The translations under genes and the position numbers were made by a program. 64,000 nucleotides of DNA, from NCBI RefSeq assembly GCF_965641715.1, contig NZ_OZ282453.1, one strand, 5' to 3'. This DNA is from Escherichia coli (GTDB lineage: Bacteria; Pseudomonadota; Gammaproteobacteria; Enterobacterales; Enterobacteriaceae). Shown here piece by piece: positions 1-9,484 of this stretch; positions within the stretch are counted from its first letter, which is position 1, and every line of letters starts with the position of its first letter. The notes below the pieces were generated by a model, which worked only from the letters and a program-made list of their open reading frames with translations, was not told the DNA's origin and ran no database searches.

Positions 1-1137
1 GAAGAAGCGGCTGTAGGGATTAAAAAATCCATCGAAGCCGGAACCTCTAAACTGAACGGTTTACCGGTAGTTAACCACGGCGTCGCAGCTTGCCGTCGCC
101 TCACCGAAACCCTGCAAAAACCGCTACAGATCCGCCACGGCACGCCAGATGCGCGTCTGCTGGCTGAAATCTCAATGGCCAGCGGCTTTACCAGTTATGA
201 AGGCGGTGGCATTTCCTACAACATTCCGTATGCCAAACGCGTAACGCTGGAAAAATCGATCCGCGACTGGCAGTACTGCGACCGTTTAATGGGGATGTAT
301 GAAGAACACGGGATCCGCATCAACCGCGAACCGTTTGGCCCACTAACGGGTACGCTGATCCCGCCGTTTATCTCGCACTCTATCGCGATAATCGAAGGCT
401 TGCTGGCGCTGGAACAGGGTGTGAAATCTATCACCGTTGGTTATGGCCAGGTCGGCAGCCTGACGCAGGATGTTGCGGCGATCCAGTCTCTGCGTGAACT
501 TGCACACGAATATTTTCAGAGCTATGGCTATACCGACTATGAATTGAGTACCGTGTTTCACCAGTGGATGGGCGGCTTTCCGGAAGACGAATCGAAAGCG
601 TTCGCTATTATCTCCTGGGGCGCAGCCGTCGCGGGGATGTCTGGTGCCACCAAAGTCATCACCAAAAGTCCGCACGAAGCCTGGGGCATCCCGACTGCCG
701 CTGCCAACATTCAGGGGCTGAAAGCCTCCCGCCAGATGCTCAACATGGTCAATGAGCAGAAATTCCCGCCGTGCCCTGCGGTTGAACTGGAAATTGAACT
801 GATTAAGAGCGAGGTTCGCGCAGTACTGAATAAAGTGTTCGAACTGGGTAATGGTGATATTGCGCGCGGAACGGTGCTGGCATTTGAAGCGGGCGTACTG
901 GATGTGCCGTTTGCGCCAGCCGCCTGCAACGCGGGCAAAATTCTTCCGGTCCGTGACAACACCGGCGCGATACGCGTACTGGAAGCCGGAGCCGTTCCAT
1001 TGCCAAAAGATATTCTCGACCTCCACCACGATTACGTTGCGGAACGCGCACGCTTTGAAGGACGCCAACCGACATTCCAGATGGTTGTAGATGACATCAA
1101 TGCTGTATCCCACAGTAAATTAATAGGAAGACCATAA
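1..1137 (+). CDS. glmE: glutamate mutase epsilon (E) subunit, 5'-truncated by the window edge
   Basis: Frame 1 is open from nt 1 to the stop at 1135-1137; the translation reads as GlmE/MutE-like (from memory) and is followed directly by methylaspartase, as in mut-mal clusters. Confidence 0.8.
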   Translation, partial: EEAAVGIKKSIEAGTSKLNGLPVVNHGVAACRRLTETLQKPLQIRHGTPDARLLAEISMASGFTSYEGGGISYNIPYAKRVTLEKSIRDWQYCDRLMGMYEEHGIRINREPFGPLTGTLIPPFISHSIAIIEGLLALEQGVKSITVGYGQVGSLTQDVAAIQSLRELAHEYFQSYGYTDYELSTVFHQWMGGFPEDESKAFAIISWGAAVAGMSGATKVITKSPHEAWGIPTAAANIQGLKASRQMLNMVNEQKFPPCPAVELEIELIKSEVRAVLNKVFELGNGDIARGTVLAFEAGVLDVPFAPAACNAGKILPVRDNTGAIRVLEAGAVPLPKDILDLHHDYVAERARFEGRQPTFQMVVDDINAVSHSKLIGRP

Positions 1138-2378
1138 TGAAAATAAAACAGGCTCTGTTCACCGCTGGCTACTCCTCATTCTATTTCGATGACCAGCAGG
1201 CGATAAAAAACGGAGCGGGTCATGACGGCTTTTTTTATACCGGGGAGCCGGTAACACAGGGGTTTAACGCCGTTCGTCAGGCCGGGGAGTGCGTATCGGT
1301 ACAGTTGATTCTGGAAAACGGCGCGGTCGCCGTAGGTGACTGTACTGCCGTACAGTATTCCGGGGCAGGCGGTCGCGATCCACTGTTCCTCGCAGAGCAC
1401 TTTATTCCGTTCCTCAACGACCATATCAAGCCATTACTGGTAGGCCGCGATGTGGATGCTTTCCTGCCGAATGCCCGTTTCTTCGACAAACTGCGTATTG
1501 ACGGCAACTTGCTGCATACCGCCGTGCGCTACGGATTATCACAGGCGCTGCTTGATGCTACCGCGCTGGCAACCGGCCGTCTGAAAACTGAAGTGGTCTG
1601 TGATGAATGGCAGTTGCCACGCGTGGCGGAATCCATTCCATTATTTGGTCAGAGCGGCGACGATCGATATATCGCCGTCGATAAGATGATCCTTAAGGGC
1701 ATCGACGTGCTGCCCCATGCGCTGATTAATAACGTCGAAGAGAAGCTGGGCTTTAAAGGTGAAAAACTGCGCGAATATGTCCGCTGGTTGTCGGATCGCA
1801 TTCTAAGCAAGCGCACCAGCGCACGCTACCACCCTACCCTGCACATCGATGTATACGGCACTATCGGTCTGATCTTCGATATGGATCCGCTTCGCTGTGC
1901 GCAATACATCGCCAGCCTGGAAAAAGAAGCGCAAGGCCTGCCGCTCTACATCGAAGGGCCGGTCGATGCCGGTAACAAGCCCGATCAAATTCGCCTGCTG
2001 ACCGCGATTACCAAAGAGCTGACGCGCCTCGGTTCCGGCGTGAAAATTGTGGCCGATGAATGGTGTAACACCTACCAGGATATTGTTGATTTCACTGATG
2101 CTGCCAGTTGTCACATGGTGCAAATCAAAACCCCGGATCTGGGCAGTATTCACAACATCGTCGATGCGGTTCTTTACTGCAACAGCCACAGCATGGAAGC
2201 GTACCAGGGCGGCACCTGCAATGAAACTGATGTCAGTGCCCGCACCTGTGTCCACGTCGCCCTTGCCGCTCGCCCTATGCGTATGCTGGTAAAACCAGGG
2301 ATGGGCTTTGACGAAGGCCTCGATATTGTCTTCAACGAAATGAATCGTACTATCGCGCTGTTGCAGGCTAAGGATTAA
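1137..2378 (+). CDS. 3-methylaspartate ammonia-lyase (methylaspartase, enolase superfamily)
   Basis: 413 aa ORF; start ATG overlaps the glmE stop (TAATG); length and N-terminus match methylaspartase as recalled. Confidence 0.85.
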   Translation: MKIKQALFTAGYSSFYFDDQQAIKNGAGHDGFFYTGEPVTQGFNAVRQAGECVSVQLILENGAVAVGDCTAVQYSGAGGRDPLFLAEHFIPFLNDHIKPLLVGRDVDAFLPNARFFDKLRIDGNLLHTAVRYGLSQALLDATALATGRLKTEVVCDEWQLPRVAESIPLFGQSGDDRYIAVDKMILKGIDVLPHALINNVEEKLGFKGEKLREYVRWLSDRILSKRTSARYHPTLHIDVYGTIGLIFDMDPLRCAQYIASLEKEAQGLPLYIEGPVDAGNKPDQIRLLTAITKELTRLGSGVKIVADEWCNTYQDIVDFTDAASCHMVQIKTPDLGSIHNIVDAVLYCNSHSMEAYQGGTCNETDVSARTCVHVALAARPMRMLVKPGMGFDEGLDIVFNEMNRTIALLQAKD

Positions 2379-2381
2379 CAA

Positions 2382-3752
2382 ATGGCTCGTTCTTTTAAAG
2401 TCTTATCGCCAACGGCAATCCTCGGGTATGGATTCCCGGAAGAGAGCTTCCGCAAAGCGATGGCAGAATCGCCCGATCTGATCGCCGTTGATGCAGGCTC
2501 TTCCGATCCAGGCCCCCACTACCTCGGGGCAGGCAAACCGTTTACCGATCGCGCAGGGGTCAAGCGCGATCTGCGCTATATGATCACCGCAGGCGTGCAA
2601 AATAATATACCGGTGGTGATCGGAACGGCCGGCGGTTCTGGTGCCGCACCACACCTGGAGTGGTGCCGAGAAATAATTCATGAGATTGCCCAGGAAGAGC
2701 ACCTCTCGTTCTCGATGGCGTTGATCCCGGCAGACGTTGACAAAGCCATCGTCCACCAGGCGCTGGATAACGGCAAAATCACGGCGCTGGAGTTTGTCCC
2801 GCCGTTAACCCACGACGCGATTGACGAAAGTACGTATATCGTCGCGCAAATGGGCATCGAACCCTTCCAGCGGGCGCTGAAAGAAGGCGCGCAAGTGGTG
2901 CTGGGCGGGCGCGCTTACGACCCGGCCTGCTTTGCTGCGCTCCCGATCATGCAAGGCTTTGATGAAGGTCTGGCGCTGCATTGTGGGAAAATCCTTGAGT
3001 GCGCAGCAATCGCCGCAACGCCCGGCTCAGGCTCTGACTGTGCGATGGGCATCATTGATGACAACGGCTTTACGCTGAAGACATTTAATCCGAAGCGTAA
3101 ATTTACCGAAACGTCAGCAGCTGCACACACACTGTATGAGAAATCCGATCCCTACTTCCTGCCAGGACCTGGCGGCGTGTTGAACCTGAAAGGCTGCACA
3201 TTTAAAGCAGTCAATGACGGCGAAGTCTACGTCAGCGGTTCTAAGCATGAAGAAACGCCGTATGCCCTGAAACTGGAAGGTGCACGACGGGTGGGCTTCC
3301 GCTGTCTGACCATCGCCGGAACGCGCGACCCGATTATGATCGCCGGGATCGATAAAATCATCGATGAAGTCAAAACCAGCGTTTCGCGTAACCTGTCGCT
3401 CGACGATGACAGCATTCGCATCAATTTCCACCTGTACGGCAAAAACGGGGTGATGGGAGACCATGAACCGATGCAAACTGCCGGGCATGAGCTGGGGATT
3501 GTCCTTGATGTAGTTGCACCGACCCAGGAAATTGCCAACAGCGTTTGCTCGCTGGTGCGCTCTACCATGCTGCACTACGGCTATGAAAACCGCATCGCTA
3601 CCGCAGGTAATCTGGCGTTCCCGTTCTCCCCTTCTGATATCCAGGGCGGGCCGGTATACGAATTTTCCATATATCACCTGATTGAAGCCAACGACGCTCT
3701 GCGTTTTGATTTCCATATTGAACAGGTGACGCCAGAAGGAGTTCAGGCATGA
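2382..3752 (+). CDS. DUF1446 (AtuA-like) family protein, function unknown
   Basis: 456 aa ORF 3 nt after methylaspartase; family assignment from memory of AtuA-like proteins and needs an HMM check. Confidence 0.65.
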   Translation: MARSFKVLSPTAILGYGFPEESFRKAMAESPDLIAVDAGSSDPGPHYLGAGKPFTDRAGVKRDLRYMITAGVQNNIPVVIGTAGGSGAAPHLEWCREIIHEIAQEEHLSFSMALIPADVDKAIVHQALDNGKITALEFVPPLTHDAIDESTYIVAQMGIEPFQRALKEGAQVVLGGRAYDPACFAALPIMQGFDEGLALHCGKILECAAIAATPGSGSDCAMGIIDDNGFTLKTFNPKRKFTETSAAAHTLYEKSDPYFLPGPGGVLNLKGCTFKAVNDGEVYVSGSKHEETPYALKLEGARRVGFRCLTIAGTRDPIMIAGIDKIIDEVKTSVSRNLSLDDDSIRINFHLYGKNGVMGDHEPMQTAGHELGIVLDVVAPTQEIANSVCSLVRSTMLHYGYENRIATAGNLAFPFSPSDIQGGPVYEFSIYHLIEANDALRFDFHIEQVTPEGVQA

Positions 3753-4066
3753 AACAGTCAATTGTCTCACTGGCGCAAGTCATTCGTTCGAAAAATGCCG
3801 GACCTTACGAACTGGTTTTAGATATTTTATTTAAAACGAAAGAAAACTATGAGCGAGTTAAATCATCAGGGCAATTAACCCCAGAACTGATTGCGCGCTT
3901 ATATCATGTTGAACCAGACTTTATTCATCGTATTGTCTGGTTTGATCCTTCTAACGCAGTAAAAATCGTCATGCCACGAGATATTATCTCCGGGAATGTA
4001 GGTGACAATGATGTCTATGGTGCACAGCAACATGCACCTTTATTAAATATGAGTTTCGATTTGTAA
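3749..4066 (+). CDS. small DUF4387-like protein, usual partner of DUF1446
   Basis: 105 aa ORF whose start overlaps the upstream stop by 4 nt (ATGA), implying translational coupling. Confidence 0.55.
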   Translation: MKQSIVSLAQVIRSKNAGPYELVLDILFKTKENYERVKSSGQLTPELIARLYHVEPDFIHRIVWFDPSNAVKIVMPRDIISGNVGDNDVYGAQQHAPLLNMSFDL

Positions 4067-4149
4067 TAATCCGAATACTTTTAGCCAACTGACATCCCGT
4101 CACTTATTGCAGTTCAACACTTCAGCTATTTGTAAGGTTGTAATAGCAG

Positions 4150-4181
4150 GTAGATGCCTGAATCTCTATTCAGGCATCTAC
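4150..4181 (+). terminator. perfect 14-bp stem hairpin (gtagatgcctgaat-ctct-attcaggcatctac), attenuator or operator candidate
   Basis: Inverted repeat read directly in the sequence between the DUF4387 gene and the transporter gene; downstream tract is only moderately T-rich. Confidence 0.45.
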
Positions 4182-4205
4182 TTCTCCTGATTCTGATTTA
4201 TCGCC

Positions 4206-5507
4206 GTGCACCTGATGGAGGAAAAAATGAAGAAAATAAGTTTAACCACGATGATTCTTTTGGCGCTGGTACTTGGAATGATTATCGGCGTAGTGCTTAA
4301 TAACACTGTTTCACCGGAAACAGCAAAACTCTATGCGCAAGAAATATCGATATTCACGACGATTTTCTTACGACTGATAAAAATGATTATCGCTCCGTTA
4401 GTGGTCTCTACCCTGGTGGTAGGTATTGCTAAAATGGGCGATGCCAAAGCCCTTGGTCGTATTTTTTCTAAAACACTCTTTTTATTTATTTGCGCCTCAT
4501 TGCTGTCAATTGCCTTAGGCTTGATAACGGTAAATTTCTTCATGCCAGGCACAGGAATTAATTTTGTTGCACACGGTGCCGAAACCACAGGAGTGGTCGC
4601 GTCAGAACCCTTTACGCTAAAAGTATTTATTTCGCATGCTTTCCCCACCAGCATTGTCGATGCCATGGCGCACAATGAAATTTTGCAAATCGTGGTGTTC
4701 TCAATTTTCCTCGGCTGTAGCCTGACGGCGATTGGAGAGAAAGGCAGCGCCATCGTTCACGCCTTAGATTCGCTGGCACATGCCATGTTAAAGCTCACTG
4801 GCTACGTCATGCTCTTCGCTCCCCTGACCGTATTCGCTGCTATTTCAGCATTGATTGCTGAACGAGGACTGGCAGTTATGGTGAGCGCCGGGATCTTTAT
4901 GGGTGAATTTTATTTCACCATGTTATTACTTTGGGTGCTGCTTATCGGTCTGGCCATCGTTTATGTCGGCCCCTGCATCAGACGCCTGACCCGCGCCCTT
5001 TCGGAACCCGCCCTGCTGGCATTTACCACATCCAGTTCTGAAGCGGCTTTTCCGGGAACGCTTGAAAAACTGGAGCAATTTGGCGTTTCCCCCAAAATTG
5101 CCAGCTTTGTCTTACCCATTGGCTACTCATTTAATCTCGTTGGATCAATGGCCTACTGCTCCTTCGCCACAGTTTTCATCGCCCAGGCCTGCAATATCCA
5201 TTTATCCATCGGTGAGCAAATCACCATGCTGTTGATCCTGATGTTGACCTCGAAAGGAATGGCTGGCGTACCACGCGCCTCAATGGTGGTTATCGCCGCC
5301 ACGCTCAACCAGTTCAATATTCCGGAAGCGGGGCTGATCTTGCTGATGGGCGTTGATCCGTTCCTTGATATGGGGCGTTCCGCGACAAACGTCATGAGCA
5401 ACGCAATGGGCGCTGCGATGGTGAGTCGGTGGGAAGGCGAACATTTCGGCGAGGGCTGTCGGGGTAAAGCATTAAAACCCAATGAATCGAACGTTGCTCT
5501 GCCCTGA
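4206..5507 (+). CDS. dicarboxylate/amino acid:cation symporter (DAACS, GltP/DctA-like)
   Basis: 433 aa polytopic membrane protein with DAACS-like motifs (…FIAQ…, …GVPRAS…); start may be the internal ATG at 4227 (MKKISLT…). Confidence 0.8.
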   Translation: MHLMEEKMKKISLTTMILLALVLGMIIGVVLNNTVSPETAKLYAQEISIFTTIFLRLIKMIIAPLVVSTLVVGIAKMGDAKALGRIFSKTLFLFICASLLSIALGLITVNFFMPGTGINFVAHGAETTGVVASEPFTLKVFISHAFPTSIVDAMAHNEILQIVVFSIFLGCSLTAIGEKGSAIVHALDSLAHAMLKLTGYVMLFAPLTVFAAISALIAERGLAVMVSAGIFMGEFYFTMLLLWVLLIGLAIVYVGPCIRRLTRALSEPALLAFTTSSSEAAFPGTLEKLEQFGVSPKIASFVLPIGYSFNLVGSMAYCSFATVFIAQACNIHLSIGEQITMLLILMLTSKGMAGVPRASMVVIAATLNQFNIPEAGLILLMGVDPFLDMGRSATNVMSNAMGAAMVSRWEGEHFGEGCRGKALKPNESNVALP

Positions 5508-5614
5508 GGGGGATCTTAAGCAATCAGAAGCCAATGACTACGCATTTTTATAAGCCGGATCAAGAAGTTAGACGGCAATTAAGTAACACTAACGTTTAAG
5601 GTGAAAAGTGAAAT

Positions 5615-7267
5615 ATGTCCAAACCATTTATCTGGCAAGAACCGTTTCTACAAAATAAAGACGGTACAGAATATACATTAATTAGCGATCAACATATTAC
5701 AGTAACGGAATTAGACGGCGAAGAAGTGATAAAAATCGCTCCTGAAGCATTAACGCTGCTTGCCCGGCAGGCATTTTATGAAGCCTCTTTTTTCTTACGT
5801 TCCGCTCATTTGCAACAGGTCGCCAGCATTCTTAACGATCCGCAGGCCAGCAGTAATGATAAATACGTTGCGTTGCAGTTATTACGTAATGCTGAAGTCT
5901 CAGCAAAAGGGGTATTACCCAACTGTCAGGATACCGGCACCGCAACTATTATTGCCAGTAAAGGGCAACAGATATGGACCGGAGGTAACGACGCCGAAGC
6001 CTTAAGCAAAGGCATTTACACCACTTTTCAGGAAAATAATCTGCGCTTTTCACAAAATGCGCCGCTGGATATGTATACCGAAGTCAATACGCAAACCAAT
6101 CTCCCGGCGCAGATTGATATCTGCGCCGTCGCTGGTGATGAGTACCATTTCCTCTGTGTTAATAAAGGAGGCGGCTCTGCCAATAAAGCCGCGCTTTATC
6201 AGGAAACCAAATCCTTATTGCAACCAGAAAAACTGACCGCATTTTTAATCGAAAAAATGAAATCGCTGGGCACCGCTGCCTGCCCGCCTTACCACATCGC
6301 CTTTGTCGTCGGAGGGCTTTCAGCCGATCAAACCTTAAAAATTGCCAAGCTGGCCTCAACGAAATATTACGACAATTTGCCCACCAGCGGAAACGAGCAG
6401 GGACAAGCATTCCGTGATATTGAGCTGGAAAAAGCGTTGCTCGAGGCCAGTCAGCAATTTGGTATTGGTGCACAATTTGGGGGGAAATATTTCGCTCATG
6501 ATATTCGCGTCATTCGTCTGCCGCGTCACGGTGGCTCTTGCCCGATAGCTATGGCGCTCTCCTGTTCTGCCGATCGCAATATCAAAGCAAAAATTAACAA
6601 ACACGGTATCTGGCTGGAAAAACTCGAACACAATCCGGGGCAATATATTCCAGCCTCACTGCGGGAAGAAAATCACGCGCAACATGTACAACTGGATCTA
6701 AACCGTCCGTTGCGTGACGTGATGCTGGATCTCGCCAGATTACCGGTAGGCACCCGCGTGTCGTTAAGTGGTCCCATCGTAGTGGCGCGCGATATCGCCC
6801 ACGCCAAAATAAAAGCGCGGCTGGATAGCGGTGAATCGATGCCGGAGTACCTGAAGCATCATATTGTCTATTACGCTGGCCCGGCGAAAACACCGGAGAA
6901 CATGGCCTGCGGTTCACTGGGTCCAACTACGGGCGGTCGAATGGACGGTTATGTCGATACCTTCCAGGCGGCCGGCGGCAGTCTGGTGATGTTATCGAAA
7001 GGGAACCGCAGCCAGCAGGTCACCGATGCTTGTCACAAACATGGCGGCTTCAATCTGGGAAGTATTGGCGGTGCAGCTGCGTTACTGGCGCAAGAATATG
7101 TCAAAAGTCTGCGTTGCCTGGAATACCCGGAGCTGGGTATGGAAGCGGTGTGGATGATGGAAGTGGAAAATCTGCCCGCATTCATCCTGGTAGATGATAA
7201 AGGCAATAATTTCTTTAGTCTGTTTGAGCAGCAACACCGCTGCGCCAGTTGCCCTGCGGGACATTAA
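5615..7267 (+). CDS. fumD: class I (Fe-S) fumarate hydratase paralog, probable mesaconase/fumarase
   Basis: 550 aa, collinear with and highly similar to E. coli FumA as recalled; context with glutamate mutase and methylaspartase suggests mesaconate hydration. The symbol fumD is from memory of the O157:H7 literature. Confidence 0.8.
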   Translation: MSKPFIWQEPFLQNKDGTEYTLISDQHITVTELDGEEVIKIAPEALTLLARQAFYEASFFLRSAHLQQVASILNDPQASSNDKYVALQLLRNAEVSAKGVLPNCQDTGTATIIASKGQQIWTGGNDAEALSKGIYTTFQENNLRFSQNAPLDMYTEVNTQTNLPAQIDICAVAGDEYHFLCVNKGGGSANKAALYQETKSLLQPEKLTAFLIEKMKSLGTAACPPYHIAFVVGGLSADQTLKIAKLASTKYYDNLPTSGNEQGQAFRDIELEKALLEASQQFGIGAQFGGKYFAHDIRVIRLPRHGGSCPIAMALSCSADRNIKAKINKHGIWLEKLEHNPGQYIPASLREENHAQHVQLDLNRPLRDVMLDLARLPVGTRVSLSGPIVVARDIAHAKIKARLDSGESMPEYLKHHIVYYAGPAKTPENMACGSLGPTTGGRMDGYVDTFQAAGGSLVMLSKGNRSQQVTDACHKHGGFNLGSIGGAAALLAQEYVKSLRCLEYPELGMEAVWMMEVENLPAFILVDDKGNNFFSLFEQQHRCASCPAGH

Positions 7268-7276
7268 GGAAAATGA

Positions 7277-7879
7277 ATGGAAGCGCGAATTTCAACTGAA
7301 CGGCATGTGCAGCGCCAACAGAAATTGAAGGAACAGGTCGATACGCGCGTCGCAGCGGCGATAGAGAAAAAAGGGATCTTGATTGTTTTCACCGGCAACG
7401 GCAAAGGGAAATCCACTGCCGCGTTTGGTACTGTGACGCGCGCGGTGGGTCATGGCAAAACGGTGGGGGTTGCGCAGTACATCAAGGGGCAATGGGACAA
7501 CGGCGAATACAACCTTCTCCAGCCGCTGGGGGTTGAGTTTCATATTATGGGAACCGGTTTTACCTGGGAGACACAGAACCGGCAAGCGGATATCGACGCG
7601 GCGAAAGAGGTCTGGTCGGAAAGCAAACGGATGCTGGCTGACAAGCGTTACGACTTAGTGGTGCTTGATGAGCTGACCTATATGCTGGCTTACCATTATC
7701 TGGATACCGAAGAAGTGATCGCTTCTCTGCAAAACCGCCCGGCACAACAAAGTGTCATTGTCACCGGACGCGGTTGCCACAGTCAGATATTAAAAATGGC
7801 AGATACGGTCAGCGAAATCCGCCCCGTCAAACATGCTTTTGATAACGGCATTCAGGCCCAGCCGGGTATCGACTGGTAA
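7277..7879 (+). CDS. ATP:cob(I)alamin adenosyltransferase (BtuR/CobA/CobO family)
   Basis: 200 aa with a P-loop (GNGKGKSTAAFG) typical of BtuR-type adenosyltransferases; fits the AdoCbl requirement of glutamate mutase. Confidence 0.8.
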   Translation: MEARISTERHVQRQQKLKEQVDTRVAAAIEKKGILIVFTGNGKGKSTAAFGTVTRAVGHGKTVGVAQYIKGQWDNGEYNLLQPLGVEFHIMGTGFTWETQNRQADIDAAKEVWSESKRMLADKRYDLVVLDELTYMLAYHYLDTEEVIASLQNRPAQQSVIVTGRGCHSQILKMADTVSEIRPVKHAFDNGIQAQPGIDW

Positions 7880-7882
7880 TAA

Positions 7883-7914
7883 CTGCGCCTGGCATCCCGC
7901 CAGGCGCAGGTTTT
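7883..7914. terminator. bidirectional intrinsic terminator between convergent genes
   Basis: 11-bp perfect stem (ctgcgcctggc / gccaggcgcag) followed by TTTT, sitting between the adenosyltransferase stop and the LysR stop. Confidence 0.55.
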
Positions 7915-8818
7915 ACATCTCCTGCGGTACGACCGATTTCGCCAGCAACCATTCACGAAATTGCTGCAAGTGCGGTGAGTCAGATTTCTCTTCCTGCCAC
8001 GTCATAATAAAACGATTACCGGTACGAATAGGCACATCACAGGGAATCACCATATCGCCACTATCCAAATCATGTTGAATAGCGAACCGTGGTAACAGCG
8101 CCACGCCGAGATTAGAGCGCACGGCGGCAATCAGCATTGAAAGCAAATCGAAACGTGGTCCGTTGTTGACCAGCGGACTACTAACGCCAGATAAAGCAAA
8201 CCACTCTTCCCAGCCAGTAATACGGGTGCTTTGATGCAGAAGTGGTAACTCAGTAAGCAGTTCTGCCACTGACAGTTTTTGATCGGACATTGCAAGCAAA
8301 CTGCCGCTGCATACCGGCAAAATCTCCTCATCAAAGAGATATTCTACTTCCGCCCAGGGTGCGCAAAAATTTTCGCGCATAATGACAGCATCGTACTCCC
8401 GATTAAGAAAATCGCCGTTATTAGCTAAAGAATGAATATTAACAATAATATCGGGATGTAACTTTGTGAATTCATGTAAATTTGGGATTAACCAGTGGGT
8501 ACTAAAAGTAGGATTAACGGCAAGTTCAATAACCTGAACCGTAGGCTGCCAGGTCATAATGGTATTGGTATCGCGTTCCAGCTTATTTAATGTTTCTTTT
8601 ACTATCCCCAGGTAATACTTCCCTTTATCATTAAGAAAAATGCGTTTTTTAGAGTGTGAAAATAACGGAGTACGTAAAAATTCCTCCAGCGCACTTACTT
8701 GTCTGAATACTGCACTTTGGGTTAACGCTAACTCCTCTGCCGCTCTGGTATAACTTTCATGACGTGCGACGACCTCAAAAGTCACCAGCAGTTCCGTTTT
8801 AGGTATTTTCCCTCGCAT
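7913..8818 (-). CDS. LysR-family transcriptional regulator
   Basis: 301 aa; N-terminal HTH (…FEVVARHESYTRAAEELALTQSAVFRQV…) typical of LysR-type regulators. Confidence 0.85.
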   Translation of the reverse strand: MRGKIPKTELLVTFEVVARHESYTRAAEELALTQSAVFRQVSALEEFLRTPLFSHSKKRIFLNDKGKYYLGIVKETLNKLERDTNTIMTWQPTVQVIELAVNPTFSTHWLIPNLHEFTKLHPDIIVNIHSLANNGDFLNREYDAVIMRENFCAPWAEVEYLFDEEILPVCSGSLLAMSDQKLSVAELLTELPLLHQSTRITGWEEWFALSGVSSPLVNNGPRFDLLSMLIAAVRSNLGVALLPRFAIQHDLDSGDMVIPCDVPIRTGNRFIMTWQEEKSDSPHLQQFREWLLAKSVVPQEM

Positions 8819-9100
8819 AATGCCGTCCCTTAAAAATAGTTTAAACCATCAAAAATACATTACTTATTACGAAGTAATGGTAACCAAAGCAGCAATAAAT
8901 AATTTATAAGAATCATGATTGACATTTATAAACCAGTAAGGCTGGCGTGACAAATATCTTAATCAGATAATAATAATCCGAAAAGCACAGCGCCTTTCGA
9001 ATTATCCGGAATCACATTAAGTGAAAATTATTAAATTGATATCATTTATCATATCTGTGGATATTATGATAAACAATCAACAAAGATTTTATTTTTGATT
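8819..9100. promoter_or_regulatory. AT-rich upstream region of the LysR gene
   Basis: About 280 bp of very AT-rich DNA immediately 5' of the LysR start; no specific motif assigned. Confidence 0.3.
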
Positions 9101-9383
9101 TATAGCATATCCCTCTAAGAATTTTTGCGATGCTGCAATATCCGGGGTAAAGACCCGATCCTGGCTGACAAATGGCACGACTTGACGAAAAGCGGTGAAC
9201 ATCGCTTTTGTTGATTTACTTAACGCTACGGTCAAACGCTGGGAAGCCAGTGCATCAGGTAACGATTCGAAATTCGCCGTCGTTCTTATTCGTGGCTTGC
9301 GGTCGGTTGCGGCAATCCACAGTGGCTGTGGTCATGCAGTCAAGCCTGCAGTCAGATTTCGACCGTGGTTAACCGTTTAAGGC

Positions 9384-9484
9384 ATAAAAAAGGCCATCAT
9401 ACGATGGCCAACCATGTCGAAACCGACAGCCCTTCGCCATTCCTGTAGAGGGAAGCGGCGAGGGCTATTTCTTATTACAGATAT
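9384..9484 (-). ncRNA. sdhX: 3'-UTR-derived sRNA SdhX (RybD) with its intrinsic terminator
   Basis: Lies immediately 3' of the sucD stop on the minus strand; terminator hairpin ggccatcgtatgatggcc followed by a U-run, as at the K-12 sucD 3' end. Confidence 0.6.
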
